Positions 54,061 through 64,000 of a stretch of DNA of 64,000 bases are shown here, piece by piece. Each line of letters opens with the position of its first letter. Position 1 is the first letter of the stretch. A model generated the notes under the pieces. The model was not told the origin of the DNA. It ran no database searches and saw nothing but the letters and a program-made list of their open reading frames with translations. The translations under genes were made by a program, and so were the position numbers. This DNA is from Chrysomallon squamiferum. Taxonomy: Eukaryota > Animalia > Mollusca. The stretch spans positions 12,090,001-12,154,000 of the forward strand of contig CM022676.1 of NCBI GenBank assembly GCA_012295275.1, read 5' to 3'.

Positions 54061-57000
54061 GAGTAAAAAACTGAAGTGATTTTGTTCATATTACAGCAAA
54101 TCTTGACGAGTTGGATAACACAAACATGACAGTGTTGAAGAAAGAAGATGAAGTTCCCACTTCTAAAGTAAATCTTACATTTTGTTCTGTTCTGTTTCTA
54201 AAATTACATCTGTTTCACTTCAAACTGATTGTTTTTCTGTTTCTTGTTAATCTTTATCTCTAACCATTACAAAAAATGTTTAGAGAAATAAAATTTCACT
54301 AACAACAGCTTAAATAACATTTGTGTTTGTTCCCAGTTACATTCTTACTGTTATTTTTAAATTTTTGTTCTTGTAATTTACTTTTACAAATGTTTTATAT
54401 ATTTTTGATTTTAGATGAAGGCTAAGAAGACAAAAAAGAAGAAGAAAAGTAAGATGAATGTACAGGAGGAGGTGAACTTCACAGACAAGAAGGAAACACA
54501 GCTAGAGAGTGAGTTCACAGTCTCCAATGATGACGATGAATCAAGGTAAACAGAAAACTGTAAACATACAAATACAAACACATCTTCAGTAAGTTTTTCA
54601 TGTAAATATTAACACCTAAGTAATTTTCTAATTTAAATATTAAACATAAATGTGAAAGTATGTTTTTAATTTAAATATTAAAAATACCATTGTCAAACTC
54701 AAATGAATTCTCACTGATTTGACTAAATTTAATAGTTTCAGGAAGACTATGGAAGCAAAAACAATACAAAATTTAGGTCTTAAATTGTGAAATAATAAAA
54801 CAGAGAGAACTCCAACTAATTCAGACCACAAACCCACAAGCAGTAGGATTTGAGTCATTTTGAAATTATGGGTTATTAGCTGAATAATAAGAAAGGAACA
54901 CGACAACATTTTTTGAAGCAACATTTCTCTACTCATTTTTCTGACAATCTGCCTTTCATATCAACATAGTTGTGTCCAGCCCAAGAATAGAACTGCTTTT
55001 TAAAACACCAAAATAAATTGCATTCATTATTTTATTACTAGTATTTCTATGTGTATATCACACAGCTTAGTCAAGGTATAAGTTTTATCTCTGACAAACC
55101 TGTTTAAAAACTGCAAAAAACACTTTGTTGTGGTTGAGATTCTTGGAAATATCTTTTAAAATTTTGGATTTGTGGGCTATGAAAAGTTGGGGAAAAGTTA
55201 GACATTTTGGCAGCCCGAGGGGTACGAACCATTATTATTATTATTGTTATTGCTATTACAGAGAATACCCAGGATGCACCAGTGTTTCAAATTATTATTC
55301 AGAGAATGAAAATGTAAGCATGCTTTAATCATTCATTGTTTGTATCAATTTGAAACCAGTCGGTAGTTTTACATAGACAGAATTCATTTACATACAAGAC
55401 TAAAGTAAAATGTTAAATAGCTTAATAAATATGGTTAGTTTTGTTTTGTGTTAGCTTTTGATAAATCTGTTTTACACAAAGACAATCACTAATGTGCACA
55501 CCAATGCATGTACATGGATAGTAAGTAATGACTTCTGTGATTTCAGCTGATTCTGAGGATGGACAATCTGCCTTCTAGCTATATCATCATCATCATTATA
55601 ATTATTATTATTAGCATCATTTTTATTTTTATCATCATCATTATCATTAATTTTTTTATTGTTTGTGTTACTGCTTTGTCATTGTTATTATTGTTACTGT
55701 TGTCTTCCTCTGACAGTTAACACAATTTTAAATAATTTCTTAAAATTACAGTGTTTCAAATATTTCTAAATAAATCAACTTTTGTTACCAATTTTAAAAC
55801 GTTTCTGTGATAAACACGTTGTAATTATGATTATTGTAGATATATAGTTCAAAATATTGCACATCAGATGTTTACATGTTTATTATTAGATACATTTTAT
55901 TTTATTATTTATTTATTTTGTGCTTCAGATTACCAGAGACGAGACAATTTTCTCTGATTTCAAACAGCTGATATTGAAGGGGTCTAAGGCGATGTTAAAG
56001 GAATCGTACAGCGTAGCTGTGTCACACTACCAGAAAGCTGTGGAGACTTACAACACCACACAGCTTCTTGTAAGTTAGACATTTAGCAAACAATTCAGAG
56101 AGAAAATCTTTCTTTTTAAAAAGCATTAGAAATTTTATATCAAAGACATTTAGCAAACAATTCAGAGAGAAAATCTTTCTTTTTAAAAGGCATTAGAAAT
56201 TTTATATCAATAAAGACATTTAGCAAACAATTCAGAGAAAATCTTTCTTTTTAAAAAGCATTAGAAATTTTATACTGATAAAGACATTTAGCAAACCATT
56301 CAGAGAGAAAATCTTTGTTTTTAAAAAGCATTATCAGTTTTATATCAATAACTAAGCTTGGTATACAAAATATTTGTTAGTTCTTTGTCCAGATATGTTT
56401 TCATTTGTTTTATTCATATATTTATTTCATTTTTAAAAAGATATTTTCACATAACTAAAAATATCATTTGCACATTTTGTTCTTAAAGTCTCAGTTACTT
56501 ATATAGTTTTCAAAAAAGATATTTCACATATTTGTTAAAATATTGTATCCTCATTTTTTCCTAATAGCACAAATAACAAAATCAACAAAATAAACAAAAA
56601 TGTTGAATGATATAAAATATATTTAGACCATTTCATATTATCACTTTGAAATATTTTTTTTTCTTTTTTTTTTTCTTTAAGATTATACAGTTTTCACATT
56701 TAGTGTTTTCTTTGGTTCTTTTATCATCTGATATTAAACAGTGTTGTAAAAGACAGACAGAAAAATCTGATTTGTTTTTGTTTTACAGAGAGCACAAATA
56801 GAGCCGTTTGAAATTGTTGTCCTCAAGTACGCTTATGGAATAGCTTCTGTCATGACAGCGCTCGACAAGGTATGTGATACTTTGTCCTTTGCTCAGCACT
56901 GTTTTTCAAGTACCAGCTTCTGTACAGCACTGACTTACATGAAGCCACTATGCTTTGTTTCTAGCTCACTGAATACAAAAGACAGGGAACATAAAAATAT

Positions 57001-58685
57001 AATGGAGCAGTGATTGTGGTCAAATTCGTCTCTTGAATAACACCATTAATATTAAAGTGTTTGTTCATTCATTCTGTTTCAGAACATAATGGCAGGAATA
57101 GACAGTTTTAACAGTATTATCAGTGACTTCAGATTTATCAAGTTTCCTGTCGTCTACTACGGACTTGGCAAGGCATACGTCACACTGAACAGGTAAATGA
57201 AATTATGTGTTAAATCTCATGTTAACAGCAACACTTAGCTAAAAACAAAAAATAGTGTTTGTGTAAGTGTAATCTTTACAGTCAGAGTTGTATGTCAAAA
57301 AAATATTAATGTTTGTCAAAATATTTATTTTCTGATTTATTATTGTTATTATTATTAGTATGATTATGAAATAAATGTTATTGTTATTAGTTTTATTATT
57401 ATTGATGTTAGTTTTCTTATTTTCTTCTTATTATTATTATTAATATTATTATTAATATTATCATTAAGTAAAACAAAGATGTCAGTTTCTTTTTATACAT
57501 CAAAGTTTTTCTATATTTATGCAGTTAATACATCATTTGTCTAAATATTCCATCAAAGATTTTTAAAAATTTATTCATGATTCTTTTTTCTTTTTTTCTT
57601 TGTTTGTTTAGATTGCCGTCTCTGAGTGTGTAATGACATGTAATGTGTGTAATGATATATAATGTGTATAATGACATGTAATGTGTGTAATGACATGTAA
57701 TGTGTGTAATGACATGTAATGTGTGTAATGATATGTAATGACATGTAATATGTGTAATGACATGTAATGTGTGTAATGACGTGTAATGTGTGTAATGCCA
57801 TGTAATGTGTTTGTAATTTCAGGTTTTCCGAGGCAGTTCAATCAGTCAAGGAGGGTTTGTCAGCTTCTCAGAGTGGACAGTGTGTTACGTACAACTGGCC
57901 TGGTACTGACGTCATCATCGCTGAAACTGAACCATCACATCTTCAGGTTTGAAAACAAAAATAAATAAATAAATAAAAAGTAAATATACACACAGAACAG
58001 TAAATATTATGTATAGTTGTACAGTGTTTGCAAAATTAGTAACATTATTACTAATACACTGTATACAGTAATTACTTTTGTTACAATAGTGCTATTCCAG
58101 TACTGTCACTACTTTGCTCTCGGTATTACTACTTTTACTTTTATTATTGTTGCTACCACCAATACTACTACTACTATTGATGCTGTTTCTACTGTCCTAT
58201 TTATTTATTTGTTTGTGTATGTACGTACGTATATATATATATGTGTGTGTATTTATGTATGTTTGTATTAATGTATTTATGTATGTGTGTGTGTGTGTGT
58301 GTATTATATATGTATGTAACTATGTATGTATGTATGTATTAATGTATTTATGTATGTGTGTGTGTGTGTATTATATATGTATGTATGTATCTAACTATAT
58401 ATGTATATATGTATGTATGTATGTATATGTATATGTATATGTGTATATATGTATGTATGTATGTATCAATGTAAGTAAAATATGTATATATGTATGTATG
58501 TATGTATATATGTGTATGTATGTATGTATGTATGTAACTATGCATGTATGTATGTATGTATGTATGTGTGTATGTATGTATGTAACTGTATGTATGTATC
58601 TATGTATGTATGTATGTATATGTATGTATGTAACTATATATATGATATGTAACTGTATGTATGTATGTATGTATGTATGTAACTA

Positions 58686-58718
<33 letters not shown>

Positions 58719-58849
58719 CTATGTATGTATGTATGTATGTATGTATGTATTTATGTATGTATATATTTATGTATGTATATATATATGTATGTATGTATGT
58801 ATATATGTATGTATGTATGTATTTATGTATATATATATGTATGTATGTA

Positions 58850-58894
<45 letters not shown>

Positions 58895-61800
58895 TTATGT
58901 ATGTATATATATATGTATATATGTATGTATGTATGTATGTATCCATGTATATATATGTATGTATGTATATATATATGTATGTATGTATGTATGTATATAT
59001 GTATATATGTATGTATGTATGTATGTGTGTATATATATATATGTGTGTGTATGTATGTATATATGTATGTATATAACTATATATATGTATGTAACTATGT
59101 ATGTATGTATCTATGTATGTATGTATATATATGTATGTATGTAACTATGTATGTATGTATCTATGTATGTATGTATGTATGTATCTATGTATATATCTAT
59201 GTATATATGTATATATATGTATGTATGTAACTATGTATGTATTTATCACAGACGTGTTTAAAAGCTCTGTTAGACGAGTGTACACATTCTCCACCTCCAG
59301 ACGCATTTTGTCGAATTCACACAACTGACGACGGAGAGTGGCGAGAGATTTACTTCACTGACCCAGACTTCAAGGTGAGAAATTTGCTTCACAAAGAAGA
59401 ATTCAGTAATTTTATTAATACTCAGTTGTTTTTTCTCCTCATAATAATAGTAAAGATGATGACAAATAGTAATAGTAATATGATGATAATATGATAATGA
59501 TGATAATAAACAGTAATAATAATGTGATAAAAACAATGATGATGATGATAAATAGTAATAGTGATGTGGTAATAATAATAATGATGTTGGCAGAATAAAA
59601 CTGAGTTTTTTAAACTTATCTTCATTTTTGTGATTACAACAACTATTATTACTATAGCAACTGCTAGCACTGTTTCTAATACTACAACTACTACTACTGC
59701 AACTATTTCTGCTACAACTACTGCATTACTACCACTACTTACAACAATATTTGTTATTGATTTATAGACATGTTCTATTAATAGTTTTATGTTACCTAAG
59801 ATGTTCCATCTGCTTTACATTACATAAATTACATTTTTAGTGATGCTTTGATATTAACTTTGACAGAAATTAATTTCAGGCATCAAGAGTAGTTATTCTG
59901 TTTCTGCTGATTTAATGTGTATTATTAGTATTACTGTTAATTATAGCTATGTGTGAATTTTTGTTTCAGCTGAAGTCAGAGAAACTGCTGCCAGAACAGA
60001 AAAAGAAAAAGTCGGGAACATTTAAAACACCACTGTCAAAGTAAGTTTTTAATTTCAAATATATAAACATCATTGTCAAAGTAAGTTTTTAATTTAAATA
60101 CTAAAATGTAACTGTCAAAGTAAAGTTTTAACTGAGATATTAAAACAACCACAATCAAAGTAAGTTTTTAGTTTTAATATTAAAGCGTAACAGTGAAATT
60201 AAGTTTGTAATTAAATATTAAAACAAAGCTCTTTAGTTTGAAAACGCTGGCATCTTATTTACTTTTTTGATATAAATATTAAACTATAAAGTGCTGTCAA
60301 GATGAATGAAGTTTGACATAACAAAAATAAGTTGTTTTTATATGTTTGTATTTTTATACTTTTTGGTTTGTTTCATTTATTTCTTTTATTATTATTTATT
60401 TTTATTTATTTTTATCTTTTGTTGTATATTTTGATTTAATTTATATTTAATTTCATATAACTTCACATTTATGTGGTTTCTATAATATATTTTTGGACTT
60501 TCATGTGTTAGTGTCTTAATATATGTTTATATATTTATATATAGTTTTTATATTTCATACTAATGTACTTTTGTGTTTTTCTGTTCTAAAATATCACATT
60601 AATATATCTTCTATTTTTATGTTTTTATTTATTTATTATTTTTATTTTTATTTATTTATTTTTTCTATTCCAGTGAGATGAAAATATCAAGACAAGCAGA
60701 AAAGAAACGAGTACAAGGTCAGCAACAACAGCAACAACAACAACAAGCACTGACAGAGAAGAACCAGAACAGTGGAAACCAGCTATTCCAAGAAGCCACT
60801 GATCAGCGTAAATATTGATTAATTCATTTACTGTTAAATGTAAATATTGTATTACTTATAAATACTTATATAAATATCATGTGAGATATATTGTATTGAG
60901 ATAAACATAAAGTTATATATTGTATCTGATAAATGTAAATATAAGTTATTTAATATATTATAGTAAATCTAATTATGACATCATTTAAACACTGTATTTT
61001 TTTGTAATGTAAATATTGTAAATATTGTATAATTGTTATTGAGAGAGAGAGAGAGAGAGAGAGTTAAATGTAAATATACAATGAGTAAAAAAATCTGAAG
61101 TGATTTTGTTTGTGTTACAGCAAATCTGACAGTGTTGAAGAAAGAAGATGAACTTCTCAGTTCTAAAGTAAATCTTACATTTTGTTCTGTTCTGTTTCTA
61201 AAATTACATCTGTTTCACTTCAAACTGATTGTTTTTCTGTTTCTTGTTAATCTTTATCTCTAACAATTACAAAAAATGTTTAGAAAAATAAAATTTCACT
61301 AACAACAGCTTAAATAACATTTGTGTTTGTTCCCAGTTACATTCTTACTGTTATTTTTAAATTTTTGTTCTTCTTGTAATTTATTTTTACAAATTATTTA
61401 TATATTTTTTATTTTAGACAAAGTCCAAGAAGACAAAGAAGAAAGAGAAAAGTAAGATGAATGAACAGGAGGAGGTGAACTTCACAGACAAGAAGGAAAC
61501 TCAGCTAGAGAGTGAGTTCACAGTCTCCAATGATGACGATGAATCAAGGTAAACAGAAAACTGTAAACATACAAACACAAACATATCTTCAGTTAAACAT
61601 ACAAACACAAACACATCTTCAGTTAAACATACAAACACAAACACATCTTCAGTTAAACATACAAACACAAACATATCTTCAGTTAAACATACAAACACAA
61701 ACACATCTTCAGTTAAACAAACACAAACACATCTTCAGTTAAACATACAAACACAAACACATCTTCAGTTAAACAAACACAAACAGATCTTCAGTTAAAT

Positions 61801-61914
61801 ATACAAAGCTATCTTTTTATCTCTTTCTGTTTATCATTTTATATCTGGAATATGTTGGTCATTTTGTATCTGCATTTATTATCCATTGTTTTTGTCTGTC
61901 CATCTTTCCTAATT

Positions 61915-61967
<53 letters not shown>

Positions 61968-63782
61968 CTTTATTAGTTTATTTTTTTTTGTTTCTTCAGA
62001 CAGGAAAAGGTCAATGGTAAATTTCCTTCTGTCGTGTCAAGGGATGACAAAGATTTGCACCTGCAGAAGAACGAAGTCGCTGAGAACCTGTTTGTGTAAG
62101 ATTCTTCATTTTAGCTTTTATATCTGACACTCAAAGATTTAGTTTTACTGGAGTCTTTTAGTCTTTCTACCAGTGTTTCATAATTGTTTTACCATTGTTT
62201 CTTTGTTAGCCAGGCTTTCATTATTGTTAATTACCTTTCTTTATCGAGTCATTTTATAATTTATTTTTGTTATTATTTTACATTATTTTATCCTTATTAA
62301 TCACTTCTTTTTTTTAATCGTTGTTAACTAGATTCGTCATTCTAACCATCAGTTTTAACACTGTTTCATTGGTATTAATCACTCTTTCATCATTGTTAAT
62401 CACTGTTTTATCACTTTAAATAAAAAGTCAAATTTCTGCAACATTTTGTAGAAAGCAGGCATAAACCACATTCTGTCAGTGATGCTTCAGTCATTATTTC
62501 TTTAAAAAATCAAACAAACAAAAAAAGCCCCTGATTTGTAATATTTATAAATTATGACGTGTGTTTTTATTCAGATACTTTGAGAAGCTGTTGACGGAGC
62601 ATGGACCTCAGGAATTTGATTCTCCGATTCTGACACAAGAGCTGGTGGGCCTCCCCGATGAGGCAAGATCAGTCATAGAAAAGTGTAACGGACTTCAAGG
62701 ATTCTTCCAGAGGTCACACAGGTTCGGAATCATGGATAACTACGTGTGTGTTCTCAAGGACTGCGGCAAAGTGAGACAGTTATCAAAATATAAAAAACAT
62801 CCACCTTCATCCAGCCATATCTTCCACTCTAGTTTTGGATTATTAGATCCACATCAAACATCAAGTTATGCTCATATATTAGGTTCTCAGAGAACATCAG
62901 CTTCTTCCAGTCAGTCAAATAACAGAATTCTGAATACTAAAAATAAACAGTTACCAGCCTTTCCCAATCCACACTACCCTCTCTCTGCATTATCTAATTC
63001 AGCTGAAAAACGTCTACACTCATATGCAGTTAGGAAGCCCACCATCACAGAATTCAAGACAAACACTTGTTTGAATTTCACTCCACAAACCAGCAGTGCC
63101 TGGACACCAGGCAACAGTACATATAATTTACACGATGAGGAATACTCTCTGTCCAGTTTAGGACAGAGTGACATCTTGACCCGGTGGTCAGCAGGTTTTG
63201 ACAGCTGTGTGAAGAAGTCAGCAGGGTTTGACTACCAGTCAGCTGCAGCTCGTGGAGGTCTACACACAGGACTCCCAAACAGTGAGTGGGCAAGAAACAA
63301 GGTGACGAATGAGGCAGAGACGCAGACAGAGGTGGGCGTGATGTCAGTGGAAACAAACACTGACCTCAACCTGGACATGCTGATTGGACACTGCAAAACA
63401 CTGGAGGTGAAACAGAAAGACTTGGAAGATGAAAAAAGTCATCTTCAGGTGAGTGATCTGTCACAGCTGAATAATGTTACGAATTTGAACATGTTGTTTA
63501 ATATCTTTTTTAATGTTAGTTTTTCTCTCTTTTGTCATTGTTAACTATTGTTTCTCTCTGGATGTACTGCTTTATAATTTTTATTTCAGTTGTCAGACAA
63601 ATGATAGAAATTAAAGAAGTGTCAGTAATTTCACTTTGAGACAAATGATAGAAATTAAAGAAATGTCAGTAATTTCATTTTCAGGTGTTGTGCAGTCAGT
63701 TGAAGAGTGAGAAAACAAGTCTGCAGCAGAAAATATCCCAGCTAGAACAGCAGTCACTTTTACAGTGTGAACAGATAGAGCA
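52474..63782 (+). CDS. TTC3: TTC3/DZIP3-like E3 ubiquitin ligase family gene; rearranged, 5'-truncated, continues beyond the window (17 predicted exons)
   Basis: GT-AG exons with compatible phases: 52474-52604, 53615-53748, 54097-54167, 54415-54545, 55262-55313, 55929-56069, 56789-56869, 57083-57192, 57823-57946, 59252-59374, 59970-60040, 60674-60807, 61121-61167, 61418-61548, 62000-62095, 62575-63448, 63685-63782. Peptides [44 protein letters not shown] and [22 protein letters not shown] resemble TTC3 as I recall it. No RING domain is in the window. Confidence 0.8.
52681..53175. repeat. 39-bp degenerate intronic tandem repeat (also at 54590-54697 and 60021-60225)
   Basis: Consensus tgtcaaagtaagtttttaatttaaatattaaaacaccac. 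Confidence 0.85.
53615..54545 (+). CDS. TTC3: Duplicated 3-exon module, copy B (exons 53615-53748, 54097-54167, 54415-54545)
   Basis: Intact AG/GT sites and open frame [16 protein letters not shown]8H.. / [24 protein letters not shown] / MKAKKTK..; paralogous to 60674-61548. Confidence 0.6.
55262..55313 (+). CDS. TTC3: Small exon ([17 protein letters not shown]) bridging the duplicated module to the helical-repeat exons
   Basis: ttacag acceptor and gtaagc donor; 52 bp gives the phase 2 to phase 0 link required. No homology support. Confidence 0.45.
55929..56069 (+). CDS. TTC3: TTC3-like exon [47 protein letters not shown] (TPR-like helices)
   Basis: ttcag acceptor, gtaagt donor, 141 bp open, TPR-like pattern. 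Confidence 0.8.
56077..56350. repeat. ~66-70-bp intronic tandem repeat, 4 copies
   Basis: Unit agacatttagcaaacaattcagagagaaaatctttctttttaaaaagcattagaaattttatatcaa. Confidence 0.9.
56789..56869 (+). CDS. TTC3: TTC3-like exon [27 protein letters not shown]
   Basis: ttttacag acceptor, AAG|gtatgt donor, 81 bp, phase 0-0. Confidence 0.8.
57083..57192 (+). CDS. TTC3: TTC3-like exon [37 protein letters not shown]
   Basis: tttcag acceptor, AG|gtaaat donor; TPR-type YYGLGKAY. Confidence 0.85.
57627..57817. repeat. 19-bp intronic minisatellite abutting an acceptor
   Basis: Unit gtgtaatgacatgtaatgt, ~10 copies. Confidence 0.9.
57823..57946 (+). CDS. TTC3: TTC3-like exon [41 protein letters not shown]
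   Basis: tttcag acceptor, CAG|gtttga donor; WP..VII.E motif as recalled for TTC3. Confidence 0.85.
58215..59245. repeat. ~1-kb compound (TATG)n/(TA)n microsatellite in an intron
   Basis: Direct inspection. Confidence 0.95.
59252..59374 (+). CDS. TTC3: TTC3-like exon [41 protein letters not shown]
   Basis: cacag acceptor, AAG|gtgaga donor; P.PDA.C and IY.TDPDFK motifs as recalled for TTC3. Confidence 0.88.
59970..60040 (+). CDS. TTC3: Exon [23 protein letters not shown], ending inside a 39-bp repeat unit
   Basis: ttgtttcag acceptor; aa|gtaagt donor at 60041; phase 0 to 2 fits both neighbours. Confidence 0.6.
60674..61548 (+). CDS. TTC3: 3-exon module, copy C, at its presumed native position (exons 60674-60807, 61121-61167, 61418-61548)
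   Basis: Intact splice sites and open frame; lies between the DPDFK region and the HGP domain, where a Lys-rich region is expected. Confidence 0.75.
61564..61807. repeat. 30-bp minisatellite, ~8 copies
   Basis: Unit taaacatacaaacacaaacacatcttcagt. Confidence 0.92.
62000..62095 (+). CDS. TTC3: Exon [32 protein letters not shown]
   Basis: Long pyrimidine tract plus cag, gtaaga donor, 96 bp, phase 2-2. Confidence 0.8.
62575..63448 (+). CDS. TTC3: Large exon: TTC3-type winged-helix-like domain ([17 protein letters not shown]...), Ser-rich linker, start of a coiled coil
   Basis: Lies within ORF 62561-63544; ttcag acceptor at 62574, CAG|gtgagt donor at 63449. Confidence 0.9.
63685..63782 (+). 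CDS. TTC3: Coiled-coil exon [32 protein letters not shown]
   Basis: ttttcag acceptor, gtaagt donor, heptad Leu pattern. Confidence 0.8.
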
Positions 63783-63794
63783 GTAAGTGTCTAC

Positions 63795-63992
63795 ATAGCA
63801 GTGTCAGTCTGCAGTCAGTCAGAATGTAGCAATGTCAGTCTGCACACAGAATGTAGCAGTGTCAGTTGTCAGTCTGCAGTCAGTCAGAATGTAGCAATGT
63901 CAGTCTGCACTCAGAATGTAGCAGTTTCAGTCTGCAGTTGGAATATAGCAGTGTCAGTCTGTAGTCAGTTATAATATAGCAGTGTCAGTCTA
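63795..63992. repeat. ~27-31-bp degenerate intronic tandem repeat
   Basis: gaatgtagcagtgtcagtctgcagtca repeated about 7 times. Confidence 0.85.
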
Positions 63993-64000
63993 CTATTGTC

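Noticed and set aside
55547-55578. Possible extra TTC3 exon after tttcag at 55546
   Set aside because: No GT donor follows (ag|ctatat) and the frames either stop or mismatch phase. It may be a dead exon, but I cannot support it.
58114-59328. 320-aa and overlapping MYVC-rich ORFs
   Set aside because: (TATG)n microsatellite inside an intron of the TTC3-like gene.
52015-61600. Triplicated module as a pure assembly artefact
   Set aside because: The copies differ by many substitutions and by distinct indels (24 bp, ~560 bp, repeat counts), which is more than duplicated contigs would show. Long reads are still needed to exclude haplotype mis-joining.
62561-63544. 327-aa ORF as a standalone single-exon gene
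   Set aside because: Its ends are intronic; a strong acceptor (62574) and donor (63449) define an internal exon.

Overview
Eukaryotic (animal) genomic DNA that is AT-rich and saturated with microsatellites. A mollusc or other lophotrochozoan is my inference from the gene and repeat types. Almost all of the supplied ORFs are simple-repeat artefacts. Two real genes are visible. (1) A class A GPCR of the orexin/allatotropin/QRFP neuropeptide-receptor type with an intronless CDS (38920-40059, +). It has NRY in place of DRY, a candidate promoter and first exon near 32.2-32.4 kb, and a structured minisatellite just after the stop codon. (2) A multi-exon TTC3/DZIP3-like gene (52474 to beyond 63782, +, running off the window) that is clearly rearranged. 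No N-terminal TTC3 exons are recognisable. An internal 3-exon Lys/Gln-rich module is copied head-to-tail upstream of the helical-repeat exons and supplies an in-frame ATG. The Cys-rich segment expected after YFTDPDFK is absent, and one exon uses a splice donor embedded in an intronic 39-bp repeat. The 17 predicted exons still join in one open frame. The rearranged segment directly abuts a decayed DDE-type transposase. Other elements include a deleted MULE, a hAT-like MITE, a 1.4-kb direct repeat pair bracketing the GPCR, a short element bounded by inverted (GA)n/(TC)n arms, and many minisatellites. No CRISPR array, rRNA or intact tRNA was seen.
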